From: Ruditapes philippinarum
Lineage: Eukaryota
DNA: 64,000 nt
NCBI RefSeq assembly: GCF_026571515.1
Contig: NW_026853701.1
Coordinates: 1 to 64,000 of the forward strand
Direction: 5' to 3'
A program made the position numbers and the translations under genes. This document shows, one piece after another, positions 39,061 to 50,944 of this stretch. Positions within the stretch are counted from its first letter, which is position 1. Each line of letters starts with the position of its first letter. Below the pieces are notes generated by a model, which made no database searches, was not told where the DNA came from, and saw only the letters and a list, made by a program, of their open reading frames with translations.

Positions 39061-39680
39061 CATTCAGTCGGGTAATTTTAAAAAAATCCAGTGATCACAT
39101 CTCTGTCCGTTTCAAGATTTTGAAATTTGGTAAAAAAATGTTGGAGTTAAGGAGTTGGCATAGCCCAACAAATTACCTTGTTATATGATAATAACTAAAT
39201 AAGGCAATTCGAAATTAATTATAGTATATTGCATATTTACACAAATATGCATTTATCTGGAGCTCTAATAAATAAATAAATTTACAGTTTTATACATGTG
39301 AACTTTTTTGGATGAACAAGTGGGAGATTTTTCTTCATAAAGAGGGAGATTTTAGAATTTGCAATAAACAAAGAAGAAAGTTCTGACATCGGAAAGAGGG
39401 AGATTTCTTTAATTTTGTTTAGAAATAAACATTCTCAATAACATTGGCAATAATAACAAAAGAAGTGGATGTAAATTACAAGAAGGGAAAACGCTTCCAA
39501 ACCGGCCAAAGAAGCTCAGCTTAGCATCCTTGACGATGTTCCGGCCTGAAATACTACATGAACTACATGTGAAAATACCCTTATTTTAAGAAAAATCTTT
39601 GAAAATAGCAATGTTTTAAGCCAAATATTTAACCTCTAGCCTTTGTCAATTCCAAATATCAATGCTCTGGGCCTTGATGC

Positions 39681-42600
39681 GTACGGCTAGCCAGGCAACA
39701 CTGTATTCAGGCTAGCCATACGGCACTTTTCAAAAGTCGAAAATGCATATGTTAATTTATGACTTTAAGCGAGGATTTTAACAAAGAAACAGATATTGTC
39801 TTTGTTAGACGCTGTCTAGTAGATATGCATTTGTCCGTACAGCAATGGGGTTATTTAAGACTTGATTTTTTTTTAACAAAATCACACTGTTTTCAATTTT
39901 TTAAATAAAAATTGCTTTTCTGATGCAAAACATGTTACAGACCTTTAAGGGATTAAAATAAACGTTTAATTGAAATGATAGTGCCATGTTTGATTATCAT
40001 ATTCTTTTTTACCATTATCTAACTTTATCTGCATAATAATAAGCCAATGAGCCAGTCTATAGTCGATCATTCTAAAACTTAACCGTTGAAAGAGGTAACG
40101 ACTGAGGCAGTGTCACTCACTTAATTTGCTCCGCCTCTGTTGAAGTTGCAAAATTTAATATGATGCTCCGTATGCTAGCATTTAGTCTTCGTTGACTGGA
40201 CAGAAGGGATCCAGGACAACTTTGATCAATATCACTTGTCGAATCACTAAATTATAAGTTACAAAGCCTAAACAATGCCTACTAAAGCGGTTCTCTCTCA
40301 ACCGTAAACTCTGCGCACCGGTTACACTACTGCCAGTAAGGGAAATCACTGCAGAATAGTTCGTCCTCAAAAATATTCAAACATTATGCAATTCGTACCA
40401 ATATTTAAATAGACATATTCTCGGCACATACTGTCTTGCATTAAAATGATTTATTTTAAGTATACATGTACCAATCATTTCAATTTTACTTGTTATCCAA
40501 TTTATTTTGCTTCGACCAGACGTTTCAATCTTTGTCGCAACAGACAAAAATTTCAGAATTTCAGACATGGCATTACTTTGTGAATTTATGCATTAGGTTC
40601 TACTTTTTCAGAAAAATATGCAACTTAATTATTAAAAATCGAGCACATACCAAGGACATGGAGAAAATTTGGTTGTGCTTCGGATATTCAACTGTAATAG
40701 AGAACGATTTTCAATGTTGATTGACTGTTCACACCATTTGGCTGCGTCTTGGATGTGCAGCATCAACATTTAACTTGTATGTTTACTTTTTAGAGATTAA
40801 TGATGGCTACAGTAAAGAAAGTACGAATATCCAGAGGGCGAGAAAAAAGAGCATTTGGTTGCAGTTGAATAACATCAATTGAAATAGTTTACAAAATTGT
40901 GATAATAATCCTTTTTTGTTTCAATAAGTTTAATTTTCAACACCTTTAAAATGAAAAAAGCTGTTGTTGGGCTCTGATAATTGCGTCAATTACCAACAGT
41001 AGAAGTTTGTCCATCATTAAGAAAAATTTGCATGTTCCGTGAAACCCATTCTAAAATTATATTGTCAGTCCCTGGATAGGCTTTAATTAAGGCTAATTTA
41101 TTGTGCTTTTATGTTCGATATCTATCAACTGCATTTAAAAATTATACAATTGGTTTTTGCTTTTCTCGGTTTTTTATGCTCCCCGAAAAATTTCGGGGGA
41201 GCATATAGTCGAAACCTTGTCCGTCCGTCCGTCTTTCCGTCCGTCCGTCCCCTTTTCTTGTCCGGGATATAACTTTGAAACAACTAGAGGTATCAACATG
41301 AAACTTTGTAGGTAGATAGATCTCATTGCGTAGGTGTGCAGTGTACAAGAACCGTAACTCTGCCTTGCCTTTTTTTTTAATTATTCCCCTTTGTTTATTT
41401 TTACACTTTGAACTTTGTCCGGGGCATAACTCTAAAAGTATAAGAGGTATCAACATGAAACTTCGTAGGTAGATAGATCTCATTGAGTAGGTGTGCAGTG
41501 CACAAGAACCGTAACTCTGCCTTGCCTAATTTTTGAATTATCACCCTTTGTTTATTTTTAACTTTGAACTTTGTTTAGGACATAACTCTAAATTTATAAG
41601 AGGCATCAATATGAAACTTTGTAGGTAGGTAGATCTCATTGAGTAGGTGTGCAGTGCACAAGAATTGTAACTCTGCCTTGCCTAATTTTTTAATTATCCC
41701 CCTTTGTTTATTTTCACACTTTGAACTTTGCCCAGGAAATTACTCTAAAACTATAAGAGGTATCAACATGAAACTTTGTAGGTAGATAGATCTTATTAAG
41801 TAGGTTTGCAGTGCACAAGAACTGTAACACTGTCTTGCCTACTTTTGGAGTTATTGCCCTTTGTTCATTTTGACACTTTGAACTTTGTTCGGGACATTTC
41901 TCTAAAATTATAAGAGATATCAACATGAAACTTTGTAGATAGATAGCTCTTATTGGGTGGAAGTGCAGTGCTTAAGAATCATTACTCTGCCTTGCCTTAT
42001 TTTGAAGTTATTGCCCTTTGTTTATTTTTACTTTTTGATTTTTGTCCGAGACATAACTTTAAAACTATTAGAGATATCAACATGAAACTTTGTAGGTAGC
42101 TAGATATAATTGGATAGAACTGCAATGCTTAAAGAACCTAAACAAAGCCTGGTCTAATTTTGGAGTTATTGCCCTTTGTTCATTTTTACACTTTGAATTT
42201 TACCCGGGGCATAACTCTGATATCATCAGGAAACTTTATAGATAGATAGATCTCATTGAATAGAAGTGCAGTGCAAAAAAACATGACTCCGCCTTGCCTA
42301 ATTTTAGAGTTTTTGCCCTTTGTTCATTTCTTTTATACTTTCCTGTGTCCAGAACCTTCTTGGGGAGCATCACCCGGTTCAACCGGTTCTTGTTTTTCAA
42401 TGTTCTTTTTATTTATTCCACTCCGATCATGCCGTTATGAAAAAGCTTCTTTTGCCATTATGATTATTTATTTGATCCATGTGCTTAATAAACAAGAATG
42501 ATTTAATTATTCATCTTTCATTCAAATAAAACAACAAATCATAAGCATGAAAAACAACAACGATGTTATAACTTGTAACATGCAACTTTGACACCTTTAT

Positions 42601-42885
42601 CAAGATTACAACGCTTGCATTACCTTTGTATTCATTTGTTTTTTTTTTACAAAATGGCAGAGCATCTTTATTAAAGTGAACACACGAGGGCAAATGCGGG
42701 GACTTGGTTAATATATTTGTTTAAAGACACAAAATAACATATGCATTTTGGACTTTCATTAAATTTTGAAAAGTATTGTACGGCTAGACAATACAGTTTG
42801 TCCTGGCTAGTCGTACATGTACATGACTCACATATGGCTAGAACTTTTGGCTAGCCATACGGGCCCGTACTGCTGACACTTCCTG
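39681..42885. mobile_element. Non-autonomous TIR element (hAT-like ..CCTG end), left terminus lost
   Basis: 39681-39754 (GTACGGCTAGCCAGG..CTTTTCAAAA..AAATGCATATGTTA) is an imperfect inverted copy of 42735-42815; the right arm continues to ..GCTGACACTTCCTG. Confidence 0.6.
41171..42397 (+). mobile_element. Complete HINE-type element C (~7 cores of ~158 bp)
   Basis: TTTTTATGCTCCCCGAAAAATTTCGGGGGAGCATA palindrome, (GTCC)n, tandem cores, sub-TIR GGGGAGCAT, hairpin ACCCGGTTCAACCGGT, TCTTGTTTTT. Confidence 0.9.
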
Positions 42886-42908
42886 CAGAAAATGGGAGCC
42901 TCCCAAAA

Positions 42909-44830
42909 CAAGGCCGTCGTCGATGGTCCGGCCGGTCCGGCCTTGGCCAAAATTGAGAAAAAAAACAACAACAAAAAACACGCATCGCTGATTAGCAATT
43001 TGACACATAACTGGCTCCTTGCAATGCGCGGTAATATACAAACATGACGCGAAGAAACAACTGGACACAATTAATTGACCAGGTATATGTAGGGGTCATA
43101 CGAAGTCAAGTTCGAGTACTTTTTCGGTGCACATGACATCCTAGCATTGATAGACAACCTCAGCAAATCACCTCAACAAGTTTCACTGTCAGCATCCGAG
43201 GGCCAGCGGCTAGCAAAGCGGACTCTAGATAGTTTGATAGACATGAGATCAGACGACAGTTTTGATTCTTTATGGATTAAACTTCAAAGTGAGAGTGATT
43301 GCGTCGGTGTTAACGATCCAAATGTTCCGCGGAAGAACAAGGCGCCCACACGATTCGAGATGGGGCACGGTGTTGGCTACCACCCCGTTACAGTGCAGGA
43401 CGTGTTCCAGCCTTAGTACTTTGAAGCAATCGATCTTGCCATCGCCAGTGTTAAAGAGAGATTTGACCAACCGGGATATCGCGTACTTCAAAACGTGGAG
43501 AATTTACTTATAAAGGCCGCACAACCTTTGAAGACCGAGTCCACAAGAGAACTTGGTTTTGTTTGTGATTTCTGTGGTAACGATATTAACCGAGACATCT
43601 TAGATGGATTGAGACTAAAAAAAGGATTGGAGCACCACACTAAATAACGTATTCCGGTATATACCGGGCAAGGCGCTTGAATCATAAAATGCTATAATCT
43701 TGCCTTTTTACCCAACGGAATGAACTTTAATATATGACTTATTCATCTTTTCACACCGATTTATGTATGATAATGAATGAAAAATGTAAAAATCGGCAAA
43801 AAAGCGATATTTGTCTATTTTGTGATCATGATTTCTGCAAGCGTCTAGAGGTACTGCTCTATTCTGTATTGAGTTAAATCCTCTTAGAAATGCAGCTTCA
43901 GCTGCTACGTTCACATTTTGACAAATCAGAAAATAGTACTGTTACTCTACCCAACATTTTGAAATTTGCGTCAGAACAGTCGGTGCTAGAACGAGCACTG
44001 TTTTCTGAGGTCGTTGTGTTGTTAAAGATTTTGTTAGTAATGCCTGCTACTAAAATAACTAATGCTACCAGTGAAAGGACATTCTCAGCGTTCAGAAGAA
44101 TTAAGACATACCTGAGATGGACAATGTCTCAAGTACGTTTGAACAATCTAATAGTGTTGACAGGACAGATCCACTCAACTTACGTGTAATTGCCGATGAG
44201 TTCATTACTACCAGAGAACGACGGCGATTTGTTTTTGGAAAATTTACATCAAATGAGATTCTGTGTTGTGTAAGATTATTGTTAACAAAATACAAGTTAC
44301 TGCTAAACAAAAAGTGGTTGTTGTTGACTAGTAATGTACTATTCTTCCATCATGTCATCGATTGTTATTTAAGCTTATACCATTGTGTGATTTATGCTTA
44401 ACAATGATCCACGTACTGTAATATTTCTTTTATTCTCTAGGAGAGCATCCTAGAATAAAAAAAATCTGGAGGAGCATGACCCCCGTACCCCCCTAGATTC
44501 TACCTTAAACCTATCAATCAGATAAAAATGCATCTAAAGAATTATAATAACATCAGTTATTGTTTATTTTTCATTTGCCAAATATCAATTACATGTATTC
44601 ATATTTTATGTACACCTGTCCGTCTGTCATGCGAACCTTAATTAAATTTAACCCTTAAACTTACGACGCACTTAAATCTGTAAAAAACGTTGACATATTA
44701 CTATAACATGTACTAGCGGCAGGCTGTAAACTGTGTCAAATATACAGGAAAACGCCCCCGAGAGCAACCTAGAATAAAAAAAATTTCCGGAGGAGCATGC
44801 CCCCGTACCCCCTACATTCTACCTAAAACC
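42909..44830 (+). mobile_element. hAT transposon remnant (ZMYM1-like transposase C-terminal half, ~43090-44240)
   Basis: DNLSKS.Q...SASEGQ; PRK.KAP.RF; YFEAID..KERFDQPG; dimerisation domain LLVMPAT..NATSERTFSAFRRIKTYLR.TMSQ.RLN. GC-rich end CAAGGCCGTCG..CCGGCCGGTCCGGCC; GGAGCATG.CCCCGTACCCCCTA repeats at ~44470 and ~44792. Confidence 0.85.
43606..43881. mobile_element. 276-bp MITE inside the hAT transposase
   Basis: GGATT...AATCC degenerate TIRs; TSD TCTTAGA(T/A) at 43598-43605 and 43882-43889. Removing it restores ..NRDILEMQLQLL.. Confidence 0.75.
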
Positions 44831-45110
44831 ACGGATTTATATTACAAAGATCGGACACTTTCGTTTAGCTTAAAGTCTCGTCGCGCGCATGCGCGGAATC
44901 GGATAAAGCTGGACAGAATGAAATGGCGGAACGAGCCGAGTGCGAAATATGACAGACTTTCACAAGAGTATGTGGTGTTATAGCAGCTTTGTGAAAAAAT
45001 AAACACATATGAATGTATTGATACAGTATTATTTTGTATCGCTAAAGTATTAATATATGAAAATATGCCGATAGAATGATGCAACGCTTAGTTAAAATAG
45101 TACCTAATTT

Positions 45111-46906
45111 AAACAAGAGGGCCATGATGGCGCTAGATTGCTCACTTGACTTATCAAACTCATCCAAACAATTACCTAGACATGCATTCTGACCAAGTCT
45201 CATGACAGGTGAGTCAAAAATGTGACCACTACAGTGTTAACAAGGATTATCCATATTTGAGCAGTGCGACCTAGTTTTTTACCCGGTGTCACACATATTC
45301 AAACTTGACCTATAAATCATCAAAACAAACTTTCAGACCAATTTCCAGGATACTTTGATCAAAACAGTAGCAACTACAGTGTTAACAAGATTTTTCTATT
45401 TTTAGCTCCGGTGACCTAGTTTCACATGCAATTTCGAAGTCATCCAAGCAATTACCTAGACAAGCATCCTGACCAAGTTTGATGATAATTGAGTCGAAAA
45501 TGTGACCACTAGAATGTTAACAAGGTTTTTCCATATTTGGGCGGTGTGACCTAGTTTTTCATCCAAGATGACCCATGTTCTATCTTGACTTAGAAATCAT
45601 CAAAACAAACTTTCAGACCAATTAACAGAATATTTGGATCACAAAAGTAGCCACTAGAGTGTTAACAAGATGTTTCTATTTTTAGCTCCTGTGACCTAGT
45701 TTTTCATCCAAGATGTCCCATGTTCAATTTATTCCCAGCAATGACCTAGACAAGTTTCCTGACCAAGTTTGATGACAATTGAGTCAAAATTGTGACCACT
45801 AGTGTTAACAAGGTTTTTCTATTTTTAGCTCCTGTGACCTAGTTTTTCATCCGAGATGACCCATGTTCGAACTCATCCGAGCTATCACCGAGACAAACAT
45901 CTTGGTCAAGTTTGATGATGATTGATGCAAAAATGTGACCGCTAGAGTGTTAACAAGGTTTTTTCTATTTTTAGCTCCGGTGACCTACTTTTTCATTCGA
46001 GATGACCCATGTTCAAACTCATCCGAGCTATCACCTAGACAAATATCTTAACAAAGTTTGATGATGATTGATTCAAAAATGTGACCGCTAGAGTGTTAAC
46101 AAGGTTTTTCTATTTTTAGCTCCGGTGACCTACTTTTCATCCGAGATGACCCATGTTCGAACTCATCCAAGCTATCAACTAGATGAGGATCCTGACCAAG
46201 TTTGATGATGATTGATGCAAAAATGTGACCGCTAGAGTGTTAAAAAGGTTTTTCTATTTATAGCTCCGGTGACCTAGTTTTTCATCTGAGATGACCCATA
46301 TTCGAACTCATCCGAGCTATTATCTAAACAAGCATCCTGACAAAGTTTGATGATGATTGGGTTAAAAATGTGACCACTAGAGTGTTCACAAGGTTTTTCT
46401 ATTTTTTGCTCCTGTGACCTAGTTTTTCATCAGAGATGACCCATGTTCGAACTCATCCAAGCAATTGACTAGACAAGCATTCTGACCAAGATTGATGATG
46501 ATTGGTTCAAAAATGTGACCACTAGAGTGTTCACAAGGTTTTTCTATTTATAGCTTCTGTGACCTACTTTTTTATCCGAGATGACCCATGTTCGAACTCA
46601 TCCGAGCTATCACCTAGACAAACATCCTGACCAAGTTTGATGATGATTGGGTCAAAAATGTGACCTCTAGTGTGTTCACAAGGTTTTTCTATTTTTAGCT
46701 CTTGTGACCTAGTTTTTCATCCGAGATGAGCCATGTTCGAACTCATCCGAGCTTTCAACTAGATAAGCATCCTGACAAAGTTTGATGATGATTGAGGCAA
46801 AAATGCGACCGCTAGACTGTTCACAAGCAATTGTGTACGTACGACGTACGACGGACATTCACCGATCCTAAAAGTTCACCCTGAGCAAGCTCAGGTGAGC
46901 TAAAAA
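45111..46906 (-). mobile_element. Complete HINE-type element D (~145-bp cores, ~11 copies)
   Basis: AAACAAGAGGGCCATGATGGC end; AATG(T/C)GACC at 45932, 46078, 46222, 46367, 46512, 46657 and 46802; end CCTGAGCAAGCTCAGGTGAGCTAAAAA. Confidence 0.88.
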
Positions 46907-49147
46907 GCCAAACGCACCAACACAGAACACGATTGGTTGCAATTTAGGACACTTCGCAACAATATTTTATCAAAAATAAACATTTCTAAAGCAAATCATA
47001 TACAAAATCTTGCAAATAATCTTAAGACATCACAGCATAACACAAAATCATGGTGGTCCTGCCTGAAATCATTTATAAAACCCGGTTCCTCTTCCTCTAT
47101 TCCTCCTCTGCAAAATGGTGATATTTTAGCTGAAGACGAAAAGACAAAAGCAGACATACTGAACGACTTTTTTATTGACCAAACACTTTTAAATGAACCA
47201 GAGCAAACTGCTGCGATTTTCCAGCTAAATGAACCTTGTACATCAAATATGGAATCCTTTTCTATAACACCCGATGAAATATTACTTGTCCTAAAACACC
47301 TACCATTAGGTAAAGCAGCAGGTCCAGACGGTATAAACAATAGAATTCTTGCAGAGTTGTATAATGAGCTTTCTACTCCTTTAGCTGATTTGTTTAATGA
47401 ATCTCTATGTTCTTCGGTATTTCCCATATGTTGGAAAGAAGCGTTTGTCTCGCCTATATTCAAATCTGGTGACCGGTCTATTCCTGGAAACTATCGCCCT
47501 ATATCTCTTCTTTCTACAATTGGTAAAGATTTCGAAAGAATTGTTTTCAAACACACCTTCAACTACCTCCACTCCAACAACCTTCTAACACCTTTGCAGT
47601 CAGGCTTCATACCTGGTGACTCAACAACAAACCAGCTAACATATCTGTACAATTTCTTTACTGAAGCAATTGACGCCGGTAAGGAAGTTCGTGCCGTATT
47701 CTGTGATGTTAGTAAAGCATTTGACAGGGTGTGGCATAAAGGCCTATTGTTTAAATTTAAATGTATCGGCATCAATGGAAACTTGCTTTCATGGTTCTCA
47801 TCCTATCTCCATGGCCGCAGGCAATGCGTTGTTATACCTGGCGCACATTCTAAATGGAACACTGTTAAAGCAGGAGTACCTCAAGGATCTATTTTGGGAC
47901 CTCTTTTGTTCTTAATGTATATAAACGACATTGTTATCGATATACAAGCTAATATTCGCCTATTTGCTGATGACACGAGTCTATATCTTATTGTAGATGA
48001 TCCTTCCTCTGCTGCTACCACTCTTAACTCTGATCTCTCTACTATCTCCGACTGGGCCAAAACACGGTTGGTAAAGTTCAACCCGAAAAAAACAGAATCT
48101 CTTATCTTGACTCGCAAAACTGGCAACCAAGTCCATCCACCCTTAGAGATGAAGGGGGAGACTATTCAAGAAGTTACTCATCATAAACATCTTGGTGTAT
48201 TTTTCTCTTCTGATCTCAGATGGAATATTCATATAAACTATATAATTGAGAAAGCCTACAAGCGTATCAATGTAATGCGAAAGTTGAAATTTATCCTTGA
48301 TCGTCATTCACTGGAAAAAATTAATATGTCTTTCATTCGTCCTCTTTTAGAATACAGTGATGTTAACTTTGATAACTGTACATCTCAAGAGAAGGAAACA
48401 ATCGAAAAGGTTCAGTACGAGGCAGCTCGTATTGTAACGGGTGCGACCAAACTTGAGTCAATTGCCAAACTTATGTCCGAGGTAGGGTGGGAATCCCTTG
48501 ATTCTTGTCGTAACCAACACGAACTTGTTCTTTTTTATAAAATGACCAAAAATCTTGCCCCTCCTTATCTTTCTGAAATGCTTCAAGTTTCCACCAATGA
48601 ACAATCATATAACTCATATAACTTACTAAATCAAAACTATTACAGGGCTCCTAGAGCTCGTACCACGCTATATTATAATTCCTTCTTGCCATCCACAACT
48701 CGAGCCTTTAACAGTCTTCAAAGTGACGTTCGCAACTCTCCAACATTATCGTCATTTAAACAGAGTATATCTCCTAACATTCAAAAGCCACTGAAATATT
48801 TTTACTATGGCAAAAGAAAACTCCAGATTTTCCACACACGTCTGAGGACCAACTGTAGCTCTTTGGCTGAAGACCTTTTTTCTAAGAATATCATACCTTC
48901 GCCTCTTTGCGTCTGTGGACAAAGGGAAGCAACTCGACATTTTTTTCTCGACTGTCCTCTTTATAAAAACATAAGGCCTCAGTTGATAAACTGTATAAGC
49001 ACATACTGTCATGTTTCACTAAAAACCATCCTGTTTGGTAACACGACACTTACTGACTCAGATAATGAGAAAATATTCCTTGCAGTTCATAAATATATTG
49101 AAAAATCGAATCGCTTTGATTCTCCAACAATTTTCAACTATCATTAA
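46904..49147 (+). pseudogene. LINE ORF2 C-terminal part: reverse transcriptase, open for >736 codons
   Basis: KAAGPDGI, NYRPISLL, QSGF, DVSKAFDRVWH, GVPQGSILGPLLF, LFADDT, HKHLGV, C-terminal CVCG..E...HFFLDC. Confidence 0.95.
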
Positions 49148-50944
49148 GGGTTAAATCACAGGTCATTTTTTCTGGGTTTTTTTCTCCTTCTTTTTCTATC
49201 TCATTCTTCTTTCTATCCGAACGTATCAAACTATTATCATTATTAGTCTTATTTTGCTTTTCTTTAAATAATTGATATATCTTATATTTATTTATTCATT
49301 TTCGATGCAAGTTGTAACACATCAGCCTTCTAAGTCAACAAACGACAATTTATTTCGCCTTATTTAGCACATATATTTATTGTACATTGGGAAAAGACTT
49401 CAATAAGCATTAGGTTGCTTCCAGTCTAATCCTTTTCTTGTTTTGATTGTAAATATCATGTATGTAAATATGCTTATGTGAGAAAGAATAAAATATGTTT
49501 AAACCAAAGGGGTGTGCAATGCATAAGAATGATCACTCTACCTTGCATAATTTTTGAGTTATTGCCCTTTGTTTTTTTTTTTCAAAATTAATTTTTGTCC
49601 AGAGCATAACTCAAAAAGCCTTTTAGATATCAACATGGAACTTCATAGGTGGATAGATCTCACACAGGAGGTGTGCAGTGCACAAGAATAATCACTCTAC
49701 CTTCCATAATGTTTGAGTTATTGCCTTTGTTATTTTTCATATTTAATTTTTCACCTGAGTGGAGCATAACTCAAAAAGTGTTTGAGATGTCTACATGAAA
49801 CGTCATAGGTTGATAGATCTTATTGAGGAGGAGTGATGTGCGCAAGATTGATAACTCTTCCCTATATAATTTTTGAGTTATTGCTCTTTGTTCTTTTTCA
49901 TACTATTTTGTCCGGAGCTTATCTCAAAAAGGTGTTTGAGGTATCAACTTTAAACTTCCTAGGTAGATGGATCTCATTAAGGAGGAGTGCAGTGCACAAG
50001 AATGATAACTCTACCTTGCATAAGTTTTGAGTTATTGGCCTTTGTTTTTTTTTTTTTTTTTCAAAATTATTTTTTGTCCAGAGCATAACTCAAAACGCCT
50101 TTGGGATATCAACATGAAACTTCATAGGTGGATAGATTGGGAGGTGTGATGTGCTTAAGAATGATTACTTTACCGTTCATAATTTTTTAGTAATTGCCCT
50201 TTGTTATTTTTCATATTTAATTTTTCACCTGAGTGGAGCATAACTCAAAAGTGTTTGAGATGTCAACATGAAACGTCATAGGTGGATAGATCTTATTGAG
50301 GAGGAATGCTGTGCACAAGAATGATAACTCTTCCCTATATAATTTTTGAGTTATTGCCCTTTATTCGTTTTCAAACTATTTTGTCCGGAGTTTATCTAAA
50401 AAAGTATTTGAGGCATCAACTTGAAACTTCAGGTGGATAGATCTTACTTAGGAGGGGTGCAGCACACAAGAATGATAACCTACCCTGCATTATTTTTCAG
50501 TTATTGCCCTTTGTTATTTTCAGACATCAGTTTTACATAGGTTTCAAATCTGTAATCACTTCAGCCATCAGTTTTCATTACCAAAAGACCTCTTAAAATA
50601 ACTCAAATGACGTGGCTTATTATCCGTGGACAGCGACATTTCAGCCGAGAAATGTTCTTAGACTAAGACTACTTCCTACGTTATTTGAAAAAAAAAGAGT
50701 TTAATCCCGCAAATTTCGAAGCGTCAGAATGAAAGAAATTATGTTAAGATAAAGTTCAACATCTTAAAAAATAAAGATCACGATATTGAAAAAAAGGTGT
50801 GGAATGATCTAAGTGGTACTAATGTAATTCCAAGCGTTTTCATGTTTGTACTATTCTCAGTTTTCTTTAGGCTGCTAGGCTGTCAACTTTAGGCTGTTAG
50901 GCTGCCAGGCTGCCAACTTCAGGCTGCAACTTCACGAACATGTA

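Larger units (their letters stand above)
34055..49505 (+). mobile_element. CR1/L2-clade LINE, 5'-truncated, interrupted at ~35439-46903
   Basis: APE domain left of the insertion and RT right of it; 3' UTR ends AATAAAATATGTTTAAACC; flanked by a 207-bp direct duplication. Confidence 0.92.
33655..50660 (+). mobile_element. HINE-type element (~160-bp cores) split by the LINE; parts 33655-34054 and 49506-50660
   Basis: 5' palindrome and GTCC microsatellite at 33660-33770; cores TCAAC(A/T)TGAAACTTCATAGG..GAGTTATTGCCCTTTG on both sides of the LINE; decayed 3' hairpin at ~50635-50657. Confidence 0.75.
33417..50941. mobile_element. Non-autonomous TIR element (~100-bp TIRs with internal GCAGCCT repeats), expanded by nested insertions
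   Basis: ATGTTCGTGAAGTTGGCAGCCT..GAATAGTACAAACATG (33417-33513) is the reverse complement of CATGTTTGTACTATTC..CAACTTCACGAACAT (50841-50941). No TSD found. Confidence 0.8.

Noticed and set aside
45111-46906. Regularly spaced repeats resembling a CRISPR array (also 20121-20830, 35437-36647, 41171-42397)
   Set aside because: Whole monomers repeat with no unique spacers, there are no cas genes, and the context is eukaryotic HINE elements.
46996-49012. Antisense and alternate-frame ORFs over the LINE RT
   Set aside because: Shadow ORFs of a long coding frame with no independent evidence.
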